A stretch of DNA of 62,910 nucleotides, filler included, from Octopus bimaculoides (lineage: Eukaryota): assembly GCF_001194135.2 (NCBI RefSeq). It is 6 parts of 6 records of this genome, joined end to end, with 100 filler letters (N's around TTAATTAATTAA, not from the genome) between each part and the next. Parts side by side here need not be neighbours in the genome. Positions count along the whole stretch, not along the records: positions 45,555 to 55,603 come from NC_069002.1; positions 55,704 to 61,017 come from NC_068986.1; positions 61,118 to 62,910 come from NW_026346463.1; 3 more parts are not named here. One strand, given 5' to 3'. Positions within the stretch are counted from its first letter, which is position 1; the number at the start of each line of letters is the position of its first letter. Positions 49,031-62,910 of this stretch are shown here, in pieces. A program made the position numbers and the translations under genes. A model generated the notes under the pieces. That model made no database searches and was not told the DNA's origin. It was given only the letters and a program-made list of their open reading frames with translations.

Positions 49031-49419
49031 AATGTAGACATATACATTCACACACATATATATATATAAACACATATATTCATACATATATACATATACC
49101 TACATATATATAGATATTCATATACGTATATAAGCACCTACACATGTGCATAGATGCCACATACTTATATAATTAGATGTAATTTTCATAAATCAGTTTA
49201 GGAAGTCACTACCAGCTACTAAGCCGGTCATAAGAAATGCATGTCGATTAATCTTATAAATAAGACATAAATGAGAAAACGGAATTTGGAAAACGGAAAT
49301 GGCGAAATTGAAATTCTGAACAAATATAGTGAATAAGTTCAAAAATTGAAATGAAGGTATAAATGAAAAATATAAAAAGAATAATAGATGAAATTTTACG
49401 GTGACTATTATGCTTGCTG

Positions 49420-49550
49420 TGAAGGCACATAGCGTAGTAGTTAGAGCAGCGGACTCGCGGTCGAGGGATCGTGGGTTCGAACCTCAGACCGGCCGATGTG
49501 TGTGCTTATGAGCAAAACAGCTAAGCTCCACGCGGCTCCTTATAAACCAC
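49420..49550 (+). mobile_element. tRNA-derived SINE head (additional family)
   Basis: TAGCGTAGTAGTTAG A-box-like and GGTTCGAACCTC B-box-like motifs; related decayed copies near 47665-47800 (+) and 27720-27810 (-). Confidence 0.6.
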
Positions 49551-49757
49551 AAGATTGTTAAAGGAGTCAGACAAGTAGACATCATATCACCCAAATGTTT
49601 TCATATCTCCGGTGTTTAGTCCAGGTAAGGAAGGAAAGTTATATTTGAAATTTCTATTCATTTACATACGTTTTCGGTGGCAATAAAACATTAGCTCTAC
49701 AAATTTGAAGGCCGGAAATTTAGAATGGAAAAGGGAAATGAAGAAATGTGTGACAAC

Positions 49758-49925
49758 GGCGTGGCTATATGTTAAGAAGCTTGCTTCCTAACCACATGGT
49801 TCCGGGTTCAGTCCCACTGCGTGGACCTTGGGCAAGTATCTTCTACTATAGCTCTGGGCCGACTAAAGCCTTGTGAATGGATCTGGTAGACGGAGACTGA
49901 AAGAAGCCCGTTGTATATATATATA
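49758..49925 (+). mobile_element. SINE family A head
   Basis: GGCGTGGCTAT...GGGTTCAGTCCCACTGCGTGG.CCTTGGGCAAGT...GAAAGAAGCCCG(TA)n. Confidence 0.8.
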
Positions 49926-50579
49926 TATGTTGAAATACTCGCCCGCGTATTTACTTATCCACTTCTCCAAATGTGTTTCCCTTGTGCCAAAATTTTAAGC
50001 TAATATTTGTATACCTACTTTATACATATATATGTGAGGATTATTGTTGAATGCTATCGTGGTGTGTTTTAGAAAGTGAATGTGAGTTAGCATGATATTC
50101 CGTTTTAATTAAACCTTATAATCTGCCACGTATATATATATAATAACTAGCTTTATAAATGCAACAGTTGCATTAGGAAATTTCTATTATAAAAGAAACA
50201 ATAGAATTTGATAATTTAATAATGTCATATTATATATTATACCTATTGAGTACGAAGTGATTTTGGAAAGTAGTATGGATATCCCTCTGTGAAAATTGTA
50301 TTATCCAGCTGTGATAATACAAGTTAAAGAAACGAATCTGTGCTATTGAGTATTAGAAATCCGTCAAACAATGAAATTGTGATAAATTACATGGAATTCA
50401 GAGCTGAGAATTAGAATGTAGCACTGGAGGGAAATTTGTATATGTTTATCTTCTGATATTTAATGAAACACAAGATATTAGCTGAGATTTAATTATATAT
50501 ATATATACGTACATGATTTTCGTGAAATATACGAAAATCATTTTCTAATATACAATAGCACTCTTAATGTAGCTTAGAA

Positions 50580-50640
<61 letters not shown>

Positions 50641-51774
50641 TTGTTGCAAAATACGTAGGACGTTCTTTCGAACAAGCTTCGTAAGTCACGCCTAAAACTG
50701 TTCGTTTTCACCCTCTTGTTAGAAGTATATGTTATAAATTTTGTTATAAACTGTCAATATGAACACGGGTAATCCATTGGCCAGTGTACATTGGTTGTTT
50801 CTGCCCCGTAAGAGGCAGTATTTATTTAATTATCTATTTCACTCATAAAAAGCATAAACACACAAGATGGCGTCGACATCATCATCTTCCTCATTACCAT
50901 TGTAGGCCATCATGGGAACGACGAGAAGGGAAGCCGTTTCTCCCACCAGCCTTCCCACAGAAGAGGACGATATTTCTGCTTCAGTATCTCAGCACTGAAT
51001 ATGTCTGAAATGTAATGGATCAATTTCAAAACATTGATGTCCAAGTGACAGAAGTAAATTTTGAAGGGAATGGTAGTGATTTCCTTTGATTTCTAAATAG
51101 AAGTAAATATGAAATAATACTTACTGACCAAAGACCAAAAAAAAAAAAAAATATCATCTTCTTACACAGCGTAATTATGCGGTAAAAATATGATATTACC
51201 GTATTCGATGGCGTTAAAGACGCATGGACGTATTAGACATACCCCACTTGAAGCCGCATATATTCAAGAAAAATGCTTTTAGTGAATTAAAACATGTTAT
51301 ACAAATGCAAATTCGCATATGACTAGGAGTAATTTTTTAAGAATGTTTCTGGAGAAATAAAATGCGTCTTTTATGTCTTCAAATATGTTAGTGATTTAGT
51401 AAAAGACAGATATTATTGTTTTTGTTTTCTGGAACATTCGAAATGTACTTCGTGATATGATATATAATCTTATTCTGAACTTTTCAACCTTGACTGTAGT
51501 TTTTGTGGTAGGATAAATGAATCACTAATAAAGAGACAAGAAGGATTGAAAAGCTATTAAGAGAATTGAGTTGCCAAAAATATTAACCAAATGTATCTCA
51601 CATCGTATGTGCGGTCTCAAAATTGAAGCAGCATATAAAATAACTATTAACACAAGGAAAAGCGGCTAACTGGCAGAGTGGTTATCACGACTGGCAACAT
51701 GCCTAGTGGCATTTCACCTGTCTTTACGTTCTGTTTTCAAATATCTGAGCGTCTTTCAGAATAACAATAAACTA

Positions 51775-52816
51775 TATATGTATATAAAATTCTTTGTCTG
51801 TCTGTTTGTCTGTTCCCAATGCATTCTCAAGCAACTCAATCAAATCAAATCAAAATTTACCTGGTAATAGTTAGTATCAAACCCTGTGAGTGTCAACATG
51901 TAATTCTTTTTCATTTCGATGAAAACGATACAACATTAGCACTGGTTTGGTATTACATATCAAAAGTGAAAAAATAACATCTGATATAATCTGTAATCTG
52001 AAATAATATTGTTTCACTTTTATTATTTCACCGTTAATTCTCATTATATCCTAATGTCGAATAACATTGTTTCACTTTTATTCTTTTACTTTTAATTTTA
52101 ATTATATCCTAATATCAACTACATTGCGCATCGGCAACTTTCCATCTTAACCGCTATGACAACGGAATGGTGTGTCGGTGTATGTGTGTTGACTGACATA
52201 ACGAACGGTTGGATGTGAAGCATTCGACAAAAAAAAACAATAGAGTGGCACGTCCAAAGTATATAAAAATACACATTTACCGTTCAATTACCGGTTAATA
52301 ATTATCGCAGTAGTTGCAAATTTACCGTTAAATTAGCAGTTCATACATGTGCTTCTATTTGGTTAATTTGTTTATATTTGGTTAATTTGCACTGGATACA
52401 AAAATAAAGACATACTACATACATGCAACTGCTTACAATAATAGAGATTACTGTATAATATCTTCTATGTTCATAATTTTTAGTACATAATATTGAAAAA
52501 AAAAATATCCACTGACAGATTTCCGGTGCATTCAAAAATCACATTTTCCACCAAAACTCCAATTTTCCACGACTGGTTAGGGCCTGGAATGCTCCAAGTG
52601 GACGACTGACAATTCGCTTAGTCGATTTAGCCCATCATCTACTTCACAAATGTTTTGTCATCAATGCTGCACTTTCCCGTATCACCTGCTTCAACATAAA
52701 CTGTAATGCCATTTTAATCCCAAGCAACGCCATTTTAACTACGCCATTTTAATCCCGTGCAGCGCCATTTTAGCCATACCATTTTAATCCTGAGCAATGC
52801 CGGGTATCTCTGCTAG
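51775..52816 (+). mobile_element. Possible ~1-kb non-autonomous Helitron with internal minisatellite
   Basis: TATATAAAA..(GTCT)n 5' segment, GCCATTTTAATCCC tandem units at 52707-52790, and a decayed hairpin plus CTAG|T end matching the 35035-35125 element; the 5' boundary is uncertain. Confidence 0.45.
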
Positions 52817-54379
52817 TAATAAGTAATAATAACAATCGGTGGCTCGCGAGATTCGAAACCTTATCCATTTCAATGATTTGTGAATCAATAAGATTGGAGG
52901 TGGAGAGACATCTAAATATTGTTACCCAATTAGTCTGCTATCGTTCATTTACGTCATTAATGAGCTGAGAGAGAGAGAAAAAAAAAACAAGCGGCAATAG
53001 CAAGTAAAAAGGAAAATAAATGGAAACAAAAACCGAAGAACGAGAGAGCTGAACATTTCCCTTGCTCCAAAATATCAAAGTCTTTCGGCCGATAAAATAA
53101 ATTATTATTTATCCTAGAAGACCTTAGAGAATCGTGATTTTGAAAGTCTCATTTTCTATAACTCTAATGGCATAAATATAAATATTAAAAAGTAAAGCAT
53201 AATTTAAAGAAAAACTAATGACAAAAGCAAAAAAAAAACATCTATGGCATAGCATGTTCGAATATGGGTAGAGGAGAAAATGAGAAATTCACAAAATATA
53301 TAAATATAAAAGTAAAAGATCAGATTCGAAAATTGGAATAATAGCACGTTATTCGAGAATCAAAGAGGTTTTTGGATTCCCAAAGGAGAGTCTTGTTTAA
53401 TGCAATTACATTCGGAATTAATTATCGCAGAAAATAATTAACCTGTAACCAATGCAAGGTCCTATATAAACCACGCCAAATTTGTTTGTTTCCTGCGCAA
53501 ATATCTATTTCTCAGTATCACAGCCACCTCTGCTTTTCTTTCTGTAGAACAAACATTGAACCGCCTCTCTAAATTTATGTCACACCATATCCAATACATT
53601 TCCCTATTTTTCATCTGCTTTTAATCGCCGCATCTCCTACACTATCTCAAATACATGCAACATATGAATAAAATTATATCTATCACATTCCATGTACATA
53701 CATGCGTGTGCGAGTGTGTGTGTGTGTGTGCGTGTATGTGTGCAAGTGTATGTTTGTGTTTGTGTGTTTTTGCATGCAGGTTGCTTTATGGCGAATGAAC
53801 AAAAGAGAAGAGTGCTCAATACATATTGTAGAGGATATGATTACTCTTTATTAAAACCGTATCATGATTAATGATAAATAAAAAGATCAAGATATTTGTG
53901 TCTGTCGCCTCTGTCGCACCTGTCTGCAATCAAGGCATATACAGTAATCATGGGTAATTCAAACAACAATAAAAGACGAAGTAAAAATAAATTTAGAACA
54001 TGAAATGAAACAATTAAATATTAAAGTTGTCAGTGATGAGTGACAGTTTTTTTTCATTAATCTTGTTAATTGATAAATTGATTTACGTTTTATGTAATTG
54101 TTGTTATTTTGGATCATATCACTGGGAATTCTGGAATTTGTAATTTGGGAATCATTTCAAATGAATAAAAATGATATTTTACTTGAGAAATACGGAGATA
54201 AAAGGGGGGGGGAGTTTTTAGACAAAATCTTCGACAAAATATAAATGTAAAGCGAAAATAAATAAATAAACGGAAATATTTACAATATCAATATGCGAAA
54301 ATCAGAGTCAAGAAATACTTATTGCAGTTACAACTCGATTTCGAAGCTGATTAGAATATACATTCACACACACACACAC

Positions 54380-54421
<42 letters not shown>

Positions 54422-55562
54422 NNNNNNNNNNNNNNNNNNNNNNNNNNNNNNNNNNNNNNNNNNNNNNNNNNNNNNNNNNNNNNNNNNNNNNNNNNNNNNN
54501 NNNNNNNNNNNNNNNNNNNNNNNNNNNNNNNNNNNNNNNNNNNNNNNNNNNNNNNNNNNNNNNNNNNNNNNNNNNNNNNNNNNNNNNNNNNNNNNNNNNN
54601 NNNNNNNNNNNNNNNNNNNNNNNNNNNNNNNNNNNNNNNNNNNNNNNNNNNNNNNNNNNNNNNNNNNNNNNNNNNNNNNNNNNNNNNNATATATATATTT
54701 ATGTATGTATGTATGTATGCATGTATGTATGTATACCTACATATGCATATATATATATATATATATATAAGTGTGTATGAATAGCCTAAAGAAAAGAAGA
54801 TGAGAGTTTTTTGTGTTGTTCCATCATGAGTGACGTCATTATGTGTCTTGATTCGGTAGTAGCTATCGATAATTAGATCGCTTGACGGAAAACATTTAAT
54901 TTTATTCCCAAAGCTGATGCTGTTTGTTGCTCGTAACTGCTCAATAAAGTATCACGTGAGTTTAACCACAGAATGTATTTCTAAGCAGATTATACCAACG
55001 TATACATTTTGTCGAAACACCATCAGAAATGATACAATGTATCACTCTCTCCTCTCGAAGCATTTGAAAAAGCAAGGCTTTAACAATGAGGTGAAAGTCA
55101 TTGGTTTGTCCTATTTCACTTCTTACATTGAGACCTAAAAATCTTGCAGCATGTGTTTGACTGAGAAATTTCTAATCTTAGACTACAACATGCTACGCAA
55201 GTGATGCCCAGAAACTTATGTTGTCGCTGTAAGTTTTTCTTCTTATCAGTTTTGACTGGCAAAAATTAAGTCGTCTCTGCTACAAAGCATCACGTGTACT
55301 TTTCGAATTTATTATGCTACAAATTTGACCTGTCGATCATAATGTGTTATATTTCGTACCTAATTCATATATAGACTCACAAATTTAGATATGTGCATAT
55401 ACATATATGTATGCATGTATACGTGTGTTTATGTGCGCGTGTGCGTATATCTACACACACACATATACATATATTCATATATACATATATTTACATATAC
55501 ACATAAATATATACACAATCACACACATATGCATGCGTGTGTGATATATATATATATACATG

Positions 55563-55603
<41 letters not shown>

Positions 55604-55789
55604 NNNNNNNNNNNNNNNNNNNNNNNNNNNNNNNNNNNNNNNNNNNNTTAATTAATTAANNNNNNNNNNNNNNNNNNNNNNNNNNNNNNNNNNNNNNNNN
55701 NNNTATACATACATATATATATACATACATATATATATATATATATACATACATATATATATAAGTAATATATCTCGGTGTTGAGGCAG

Positions 55790-55858
55790 TTACTCAACAA
55801 CTCAAATGTGGACGTAATATACCTTGACTTTGCAAAAGCTTTTGATAAAGTGGCTCAA
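55790..55858 (+). mobile_element. CR1-type reverse transcriptase micro-fragment
   Basis: LLNNSNVDVIYLDFAKAFDKV. Confidence 0.7.
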
Positions 55859-56289
55859 ATATATAAATATATATATACATACATAGCTGACAAAAGGAAC
55901 CGACTGTAAATTGATTCCTTAATTTCAAGATTAAAACAAAGAGAATTTTACATAGACAAATGTTAAAGAAAGACGGTGATTTTCACTCACAGCATTCAAT
56001 TATTAAACATCACAATTGGAATGAATAAATACAATTGAATATTAAATATTAATGGAATTTTCATTTACTGTCGGGTTACTTTTGGCTACACACATATATA
56101 TGTATGTATGTATGCATCTGTTGCTTGATTGCAAGGCATGTACGATATTCTATGACTTAGCTTCATATATGAATACAAATGAGAAATCGGTATGTAAAAA
56201 TAACCCTTGAGATTTTATGAGACACAAGAGAATACTGACTGCATACACACACGAACGCCCGCGCACACACACACATACACATATGTTTT

Positions 56290-56670
56290 TCTTTTATTTC
56301 TTTCAGTCAATTGACTGCGGCTATGATGGAGCATCGCCTTTAGACGAACAAATCGACCCCAGAACTTATTCTTAGTAAGCCTAGTACTTATTCTATCGGT
56401 CTTTGGCTGAACCGCTAAATTACGGGGACGTAAACACACCAGCATCGATTGTCAAGAGTTGTTGGGTGGACAAACACAGACACAGACACACACACACACA
56501 CATATATATATATACGACGGGCAACTTTCAGTTTCCGTCTACCAAATCCACTCACAAGGCTTTGGTCGGCCCGAGGCTATAGTAGAATACACTTGTCCAA
56601 GTTGCCACGCAGTGGGAGTGAACCCGGAACGATGTGGTCGGTAAGCAAGCTACTTACAACACAGCTACGC
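56290..56670 (-). mobile_element. SINE family A, full length, CpG-intact
   Basis: Reverse complement of head, (CA)n(TA)n and tail. Confidence 0.85.
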
Positions 56671-57419
56671 CAGGGACGGTTTATTAAGTGCATATGTCAT
56701 TGCTTAAGCCACTATCACATCAGGTGCAGTTTCCATCTTTGGTCGGTTATTCCTTGTTCAAATGGACAACTAAAACTTTTCGCTCAAGATGCTGTCTATT
56801 GCGTATCATTTGAAGCCCTTTATGTCAAACGGAAAGTGAAGGAAATAAAAATAACACAGACACACCTATACACACATATATATATAAATATATTCATTTG
56901 TTTTGCTACGTTTTAACCCTTCATGTTTCAATGTTTATAAGTTATGTAATTCTGCAATTCATATTTCCTTCTCACGTCCGATTTACAAATTCACCAGCAA
57001 AAAAAAAAAAAATTGAGGAACGAAAATTATGTCACATCCACTCCTTACTCGCGAAAAAGAAAAATCATTGATGTTTGATCTATAACCGCTAAAATCCAAT
57101 CAGTGGAATCATGTCAGAAATAACACAACAGCAACTATAGGAAGAACAATAAACGATATAATTTCATGTATGATGCATGCACTGAACCTAGCAAATGTAA
57201 GGTTGCAATAAACTCTCCTTTCTATCCATCAGAAAAGAAAGAACAAGAAACGATTTTCATTTTGCTTGTTATATCATATATTATAGTCTATTTTATTTGT
57301 TATATTTTAGATATTCAAATTATGACACGATGTTACAACGTCTAGCGTCATTTAAAAGAAAGTGGGTGGAATCTTTGACAAGCATGCTCAACGTTGCACA
57401 AAATAAAAATTAACTTATA

Positions 57420-57770
57420 GATGTGGCTGTGTGGTAAGAAATTTGCTTCCCAATCACATACTTCGTGGTTCAGTCCCACTGCGTGGCACTTTGGACAATT
57501 CTTTTTTTTTTTTTTTGCTATAGCCTCGGCCCGACCAAAGTCTTGTGAGTGGATTTGGTAGACGGAAACTAAAAGAAGCCGATCGCACATATATGTGTGT
57601 GTGTGTTTTTTCTGTCTGTGTTTGTCTCCCACGACCGCCTGTGAACCAGTTCAGCAACGGAGACAGACTAAGTACCAGGCTTAAGAGGAAAGTACTGGGG
57701 GTCTATTGTTGGACTAAAATTTTTTAAGGTGGTGCCCCTGCATGGCCAAAGTCTAATGATACTAGGTAAA
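57420..57770 (+). mobile_element. SINE family A
   Basis: GTGGCTGTGTGGTAAG...GGTTCAGTCCCACTGCGTGGCAC...GGCCCGACCAAAG...(TG)n...TAAGTACCAGGC. Confidence 0.75.
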
Positions 57771-60001
57771 AGATACTGCTACGGTACTGTTGAATAAGTT
57801 TCTCAGTCAGTCATGAAAAAAACTGCGGCCCGCGGGACTTTTTGAATCGGACGCCAAATAAAAGAATTAGCTTTAATTCTTGTAGTAGTGTGGCCCGCTT
57901 GATGATGAACCATATATTCTGCGGCCCGCGTCTCGAACCAGTTTTCTTGTGCCTGCTCTAACTAGCTCGATCTGCTAAAAATAGTAATATGTGATACATT
58001 CAGCAAGTAACAGCTAATGCTAATGCGCAGGAACAATTGTGATTTGGACTAAATTCTGTTCGTTCTATCTTCTCGTATCATAAATTCTTAATATATATAT
58101 ATATATATATATATAATGCAGATAGATAGATAGATAGATATGGGGAACAGTTTACAGAGTTAATAATTCGGTTAAAGCATGTTACTTCAGAAAAGCTATA
58201 TATTCAGGGTTAATGCGCTAAATATATTTTACAAGGGAGTGGTGTGTGGACAGGAGGCGCTGGAAAAGCAGGTGTAAATGTGATGAAAAGGAAATGATTG
58301 GTGTGACATCATGCAGTGGGAGAGGAATGGAAAGCGGCATGGAATGCTCTGCTGTTCGTCATCAATACACACATACATTATGTACTATGTATGACTTTGT
58401 AAACGTGCATAAGTTTTAAGATCTTAAAAGTAAATGAAACTGAATGTGTATATTCTCCGTGCTTCGTTCGTTATTTTTGGACTTAAACTTCCACTCCTGA
58501 TTGAATTAATCGAGGAGTCATTATTTCTCTTACAAATATGACTGTGAGGGCTTGCCCTGAGGGAATTATATGCAGTCAAAATGAGCATGCCGTTTTGGCT
58601 GTCATTTATAGAGAGGTGCTCACAAAAATACACCTGTATATACGTATGATTGTATGTACGCATGTACAAGTCCCTGCTCTCCGGAATCCTGGAAAAAAAG
58701 AGTAGCATAACTAAGTACTGTAGAGTAAAAAGTCCGCTTCTCTACCACATTTCTCATCATTATTATTCAAATACTTAGCAATGTAGTTCCCTTTAAATGT
58801 AAATTTTGAGGGAAATTTCATCATCTACAATTCTTGATAACATTGATACTCAGCCAGAGTTAGTAATTGATACTATACAGATAGCCAGATTACACGTGTG
58901 TTTGACAAGCTGAAAACAGAAAGGGCGCCCACACAACAAACTTCCTTCCATCAGGTGGGTGCTAATATATATATGTGTGTGTGTATGTGTTACATATTTA
59001 ATAATCTTTAGTCTGTCAGATGAATTTTAAATATTTTTCTAAATATATGTATGAAATATAAAAATGAGTGGTCACACATTTTTATATCCACTTTATGTAT
59101 AGGTATATCTTTCCAAATAAATCTCTACCATACAAACGTGTGCGTGTGATATCCTCTTATGTTACAGACATAGTAAATATGTGTATACACAAACTATTAA
59201 CTAGAATCAAATGTACTTACCAAATGTTTCCTTCCGCATATTATTTACATACGATAAATTCATAAACGGATTTGAATAAACTGATAACTAAAGCTGAATT
59301 TATAATGAAACATCTTTAGGAGGAAAGCGTTTTGATATTAACACTGGAGAGAGAGGAGAGATAGATAGATAAGATAGCGTTTGAAAGAATCCTCTGATCA
59401 TGTAAATTTTCTGTCATAGAAAAACATTCATAAAAAGCTGTATCTGTAACATTTGTTCTACGACTTTCCCCTAAAGACGCTTCATCATAATATCTTGAGC
59501 TTTTACCTTAACACATTTCATCATAATTTTTGCTAAGCTTTTACCTTGAAGAAGCTTTATTAACAAATCAGCTATAACAACATTGGTTATGCAAAAACCA
59601 GAACTTTGTCAGAAATGATCTAAAATTTATATGAATAGGATAAAGATATAGGAAATAACTAGTGTGATTGTACAAACATGGTTGATCTGGAGCAAAATAT
59701 CAAGCACATTGTTCCAAGTGTAAAGAAAAAGAGACAAAAATAAAAATGTCCACACAATACATTATTATTATTATTATTTTTAATTTTCTTATAATTTTTT
59801 ATGTCTTTAATTATAAAAAAAAACGTCTCACCAACATTATTTTTTTAAAAACTATAATCATAGTTTGCTTTTTTTTTAACTCATGAGTAACATAACATTT
59901 TGGGTATGTGTATGCATTCTGTATCAATGTATACATGCGTGTTTGTTCACATCCTGTTCTTTTGATAGATAACATCAGTATTTTCATAAATCTCAAGAGT
60001 G

Positions 60002-60080
<79 letters not shown>

Positions 60081-60424
60081 CGCATACATATTATATAAAG
60101 AGTTTGCTGTCAATATTATTTATATTACCAGTTTTTTTTTGTATATATACCTCAAGCAATCAATGTTTTGGTTGTGTAACATTTTCGTTTTTTATTTTAT
60201 ATTTCAAATCGTATAATTGATTTTGTCACCTTTTATATAAAGGTTTATTGTATTTTTGTTGCTTTTATCAACATTAAAAAATATTAATATCCCTAATATC
60301 ATTATTATTAAACATAGTGTTACTGTCTTCATTGTTCTCCATAAATGACATCCGATATTATAAATTTCTAGTAATGGGCAGTATTCTTACATTATACACA
60401 CACGCACAGCCAGTCAACGCAAGC

Positions 60425-60461
<37 letters not shown>

Positions 60462-60763
60462 TACATATGTACATATTATTATATATATAATTATATATCT
60501 TTATATACACACGCATATGTACGTGCATATACGTACACAATATATATACATATAAAAGCATATACATTTAAAATCATATATATAGACATCCATGCACATA
60601 TGCACACGCACACACACATGCTTACATATATTCTGGTTCCGCCCATAATAATCTACATGCATTTTTTTTTTCGATTTTTTTCTATCTCTTAATAAAATCC
60701 AGAAAATATGATTGATAACTCAAAACCTTATTTTACATTCAAAATTACAAAGTCAAATTATCT

Positions 60764-60803
<40 letters not shown>

Positions 60804-61117
60804 TACTTCTCGCACTGAAAACATACCATTCTGAACCACAGGCTCATAGATTTTCACACGCACAAACACATTCACTCCTTCTTTATTTCACTTCCATTAT
60901 GTGTTCGTTTATCTCTTTCACATGCACACAAACACAAATACTTCACCGCCCTAGGCAGAGGCAGATTTCTCAAACAAACAATATCCTTCCTTCTTTTCCA
61001 ACGTCACCTCAGCCGACNNNNNNNNNNNNNNNNNNNNNNNNNNNNNNNNNNNNNNNNNNNNTTAATTAATTAANNNNNNNNNNNNNNNNNNNNNNNNNNN
61101 NNNNNNNNNNNNNNNNN

Positions 61118-61155
<38 letters not shown>

Positions 61156-61654
61156 CACATGCATACACAGAGATAAGAATAAATATATGAATATATCTAT
61201 ATCAGCATCCTCTTCATCCTCCACATCCTTTTTTTTAAACATATATATTATATATAGTGGGAGGGGGGAGGGAATGTGGGTCAGAAAGTAATGCAATTTT
61301 TATTTGCATAAGTTTCTGACTCAGCCTTGTATATTGGTATGAACATCTAGATTTATAGCTGTCTATCAATCTTTCTCTCTGTCCATCCATCCATCTATCT
61401 AACTTACTGTGCATCTATCTATATATCTCTCTGTCTGTCTATTTGTGATACACGATCCCTATTGATTGCGTTTTCTCTCACTCTCTCTGTTTATGATCCC
61501 TTTTGATTGAAAAATCTACCCCACCCTATTTCTTTCTTTTTCTCTCTCCTTTCCCTTCCCAAAAAGAAAAGCTCTACTTTGTACCTTGTCCCCTCTATGT
61601 TGAGCCTCGTGTGGCTAATAAAGAAACATATCTATCTATCTATCTATCTGTCTG

Positions 61655-61697
<43 letters not shown>

Positions 61698-61879
61698 GTC
61701 TGTCTGTCTGTCTATCTGTCTGTCTATCTGTCTGCCTATGTATCTATCTATATATCTCTCCATCTGTCTGTTTGTGCATCTCTCTCTCTCTCTCTTTCTC
61801 TTTCTGTCTATCCATTCATCAATCTATCTATCTATCTGCCTCTCTCTCTCACTCTCTCTCTCTCTCTCATTATATATAT

Positions 61880-62510
61880 ATATGTTTTCTGCAAGTGCTC
61901 CACCCTTATTGCAGCCCCTATTTGTTCCATGTACTTCTCAAGATTTTTGCACACTGTTCCCAGGGCTCCGACAATTATTGGTACCACTACCACCTTTTTC
62001 ATTGACCTTCCAAGCTAACCTGTCATACCTATCGACTTTTCTTTCTTCCTTATCGCATACCTTGTTGTCAGCTGGGCATGCTATATCTATGATCCAGCAT
62101 AGTTTGTTTTCTTCCTCAATTAAAACTATGTCCGGCTTCCTATTCTCTATCTCATGGTCGCACTGAATCATAAAATCCCACAGGATCTTAGCATTATCAT
62201 TTTCGATGATACCTTCGGGTTTGTGGCCGTACCTATTTTTTGCTCTGTCAAGTCCATACTTGTTGCAAAGTGTCCAATGGTCAAGCCTTGCTATATTGTC
62301 GTGGTGTCTCTTATATTCTTTCTGGGCTAGTGGCGTACATTGGCTGGTAATATGCCATACAGTTTCACCATTTTGTCCACAGATTCTGCATTTATCACTT
62401 TCTGCTGTGTTGTCTTTTCTGTATTTTATGTAGTTTGTTCTTAGTGTTTGTTCTTTGGCAGCACAGATTAGAGCCTCCGTTTCCGGTTTTTACCTACTTG
62501 CCTATTTATT
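61880..62510 (-). mobile_element. R4/Dong-like CCHC + RLE fragment
   Basis: DKCRICGQNGETVWHITSQC...ENRKPDIVLIEEENKLCWIIDIACPAD...[21 protein letters not shown]. Confidence 0.88.
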
Positions 62511-62519
62511 AAGAGTAGC

Positions 62520-62782
62520 CCACAAAGTGACTGGCATTTGGAAGGGCATCCAGCAGTAAAAACCATGCCAAAGCTGGTCTTGTCTGTGCTGGTGCCACGT
62601 AAAAAGCACTCAGCTCACTTTGTGGAAAGGTTGGTGTTAGGAAAGGCATCCAGCTGCAAAAAAACCATGCCAAAAAAAAAAAAAACACAGAAGTATGGTG
62701 AAGGCTTTTGCCTGGCCTGCTCCTCTTAAACTGTCCAACCCATGCCAGCATGGAAAATGGACGTTAAACGATGATGATGATT
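62520..62782 (+). mobile_element. Family C SINE-like repeat
   Basis: GGAAGGGCATCCAGC twice, CCAACCCATGCCAGCATGGAAAATGGACGTTAAACGATGATGATG. Confidence 0.8.
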
Positions 62783-62874
62783 TGATAAATATGAACATGC
62801 AGATGTGCTTCATAAAGATATTCTAACCTTTACATTCACTACAAATATATATATACATACATATTTAGATACAA

Positions 62875-62910
<36 letters not shown>

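Noticed and set aside
53449-53470. CCAAT plus TATATAAA as a promoter
   Set aside because: Common in AT-rich DNA, no properly spaced initiator and no downstream exon found.
54831-54838. Palindromic CRE site TGACGTCA
   Set aside because: A single 8-mer is expected by chance at this scale, and no linked gene was identified.
58424-58708. 94-aa minus-strand ORF following a T-rich acceptor
   Set aside because: No recognisable motif and no compatible neighbouring exon.
59540-59615. Minus-strand NVVIADLL resembling GPCR TM2 in a 75-nt AG/GT-bounded segment
   Set aside because: All three frames from the acceptor contain stops.

Overview
This is AT-rich, microsatellite-dense eukaryotic draft-assembly DNA, most likely octopus. 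That is an inference from the CDICGKSFS-type 84-bp C2H2 array and the SINE families. Five gaps carrying an artificial TTAATTAATTAA spacer split the window into six blocks whose adjacency is uncertain. Two host genes are supported. The first is a minus-strand tandem C2H2 zinc-finger ORF (ATG at 1068, 12 complete fingers plus a partial 13th, open to the window edge). The second is a plus-strand SLC22 (organic cation/anion transporter, MFS) gene with 8 phase-consistent coding exons from 10111 to 31887; its large first exon is not in the visible sequence. The rest is a layered transposon landscape: RTE, Tx1/L1, CR1, R4/Dong-like and HERO-like retroelement fragments; mariner, Tc1, pogo/Tigger, Merlin and Helitron DNA elements; and at least three SINE-like families. 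The most interesting signal is a reconstructable head-to-head palindromic element at 18.0-18.8 kb. Its arms carry tRNA-type Pol III boxes, and the right arm also carries a minimal hammerhead-ribozyme fold, sense to the SLC22 pre-mRNA. Other signals are a train of R4-like insertions stacked in (TAA)n tracts, a 220-bp palindrome, a zinc-finger array whose recognition residues predict (NAA)n binding, and a CpG-depleted block (35-45 kb) that may hide an unrecognised gene. All analysis was by eye with no database searches, and transposon boundaries are approximate.
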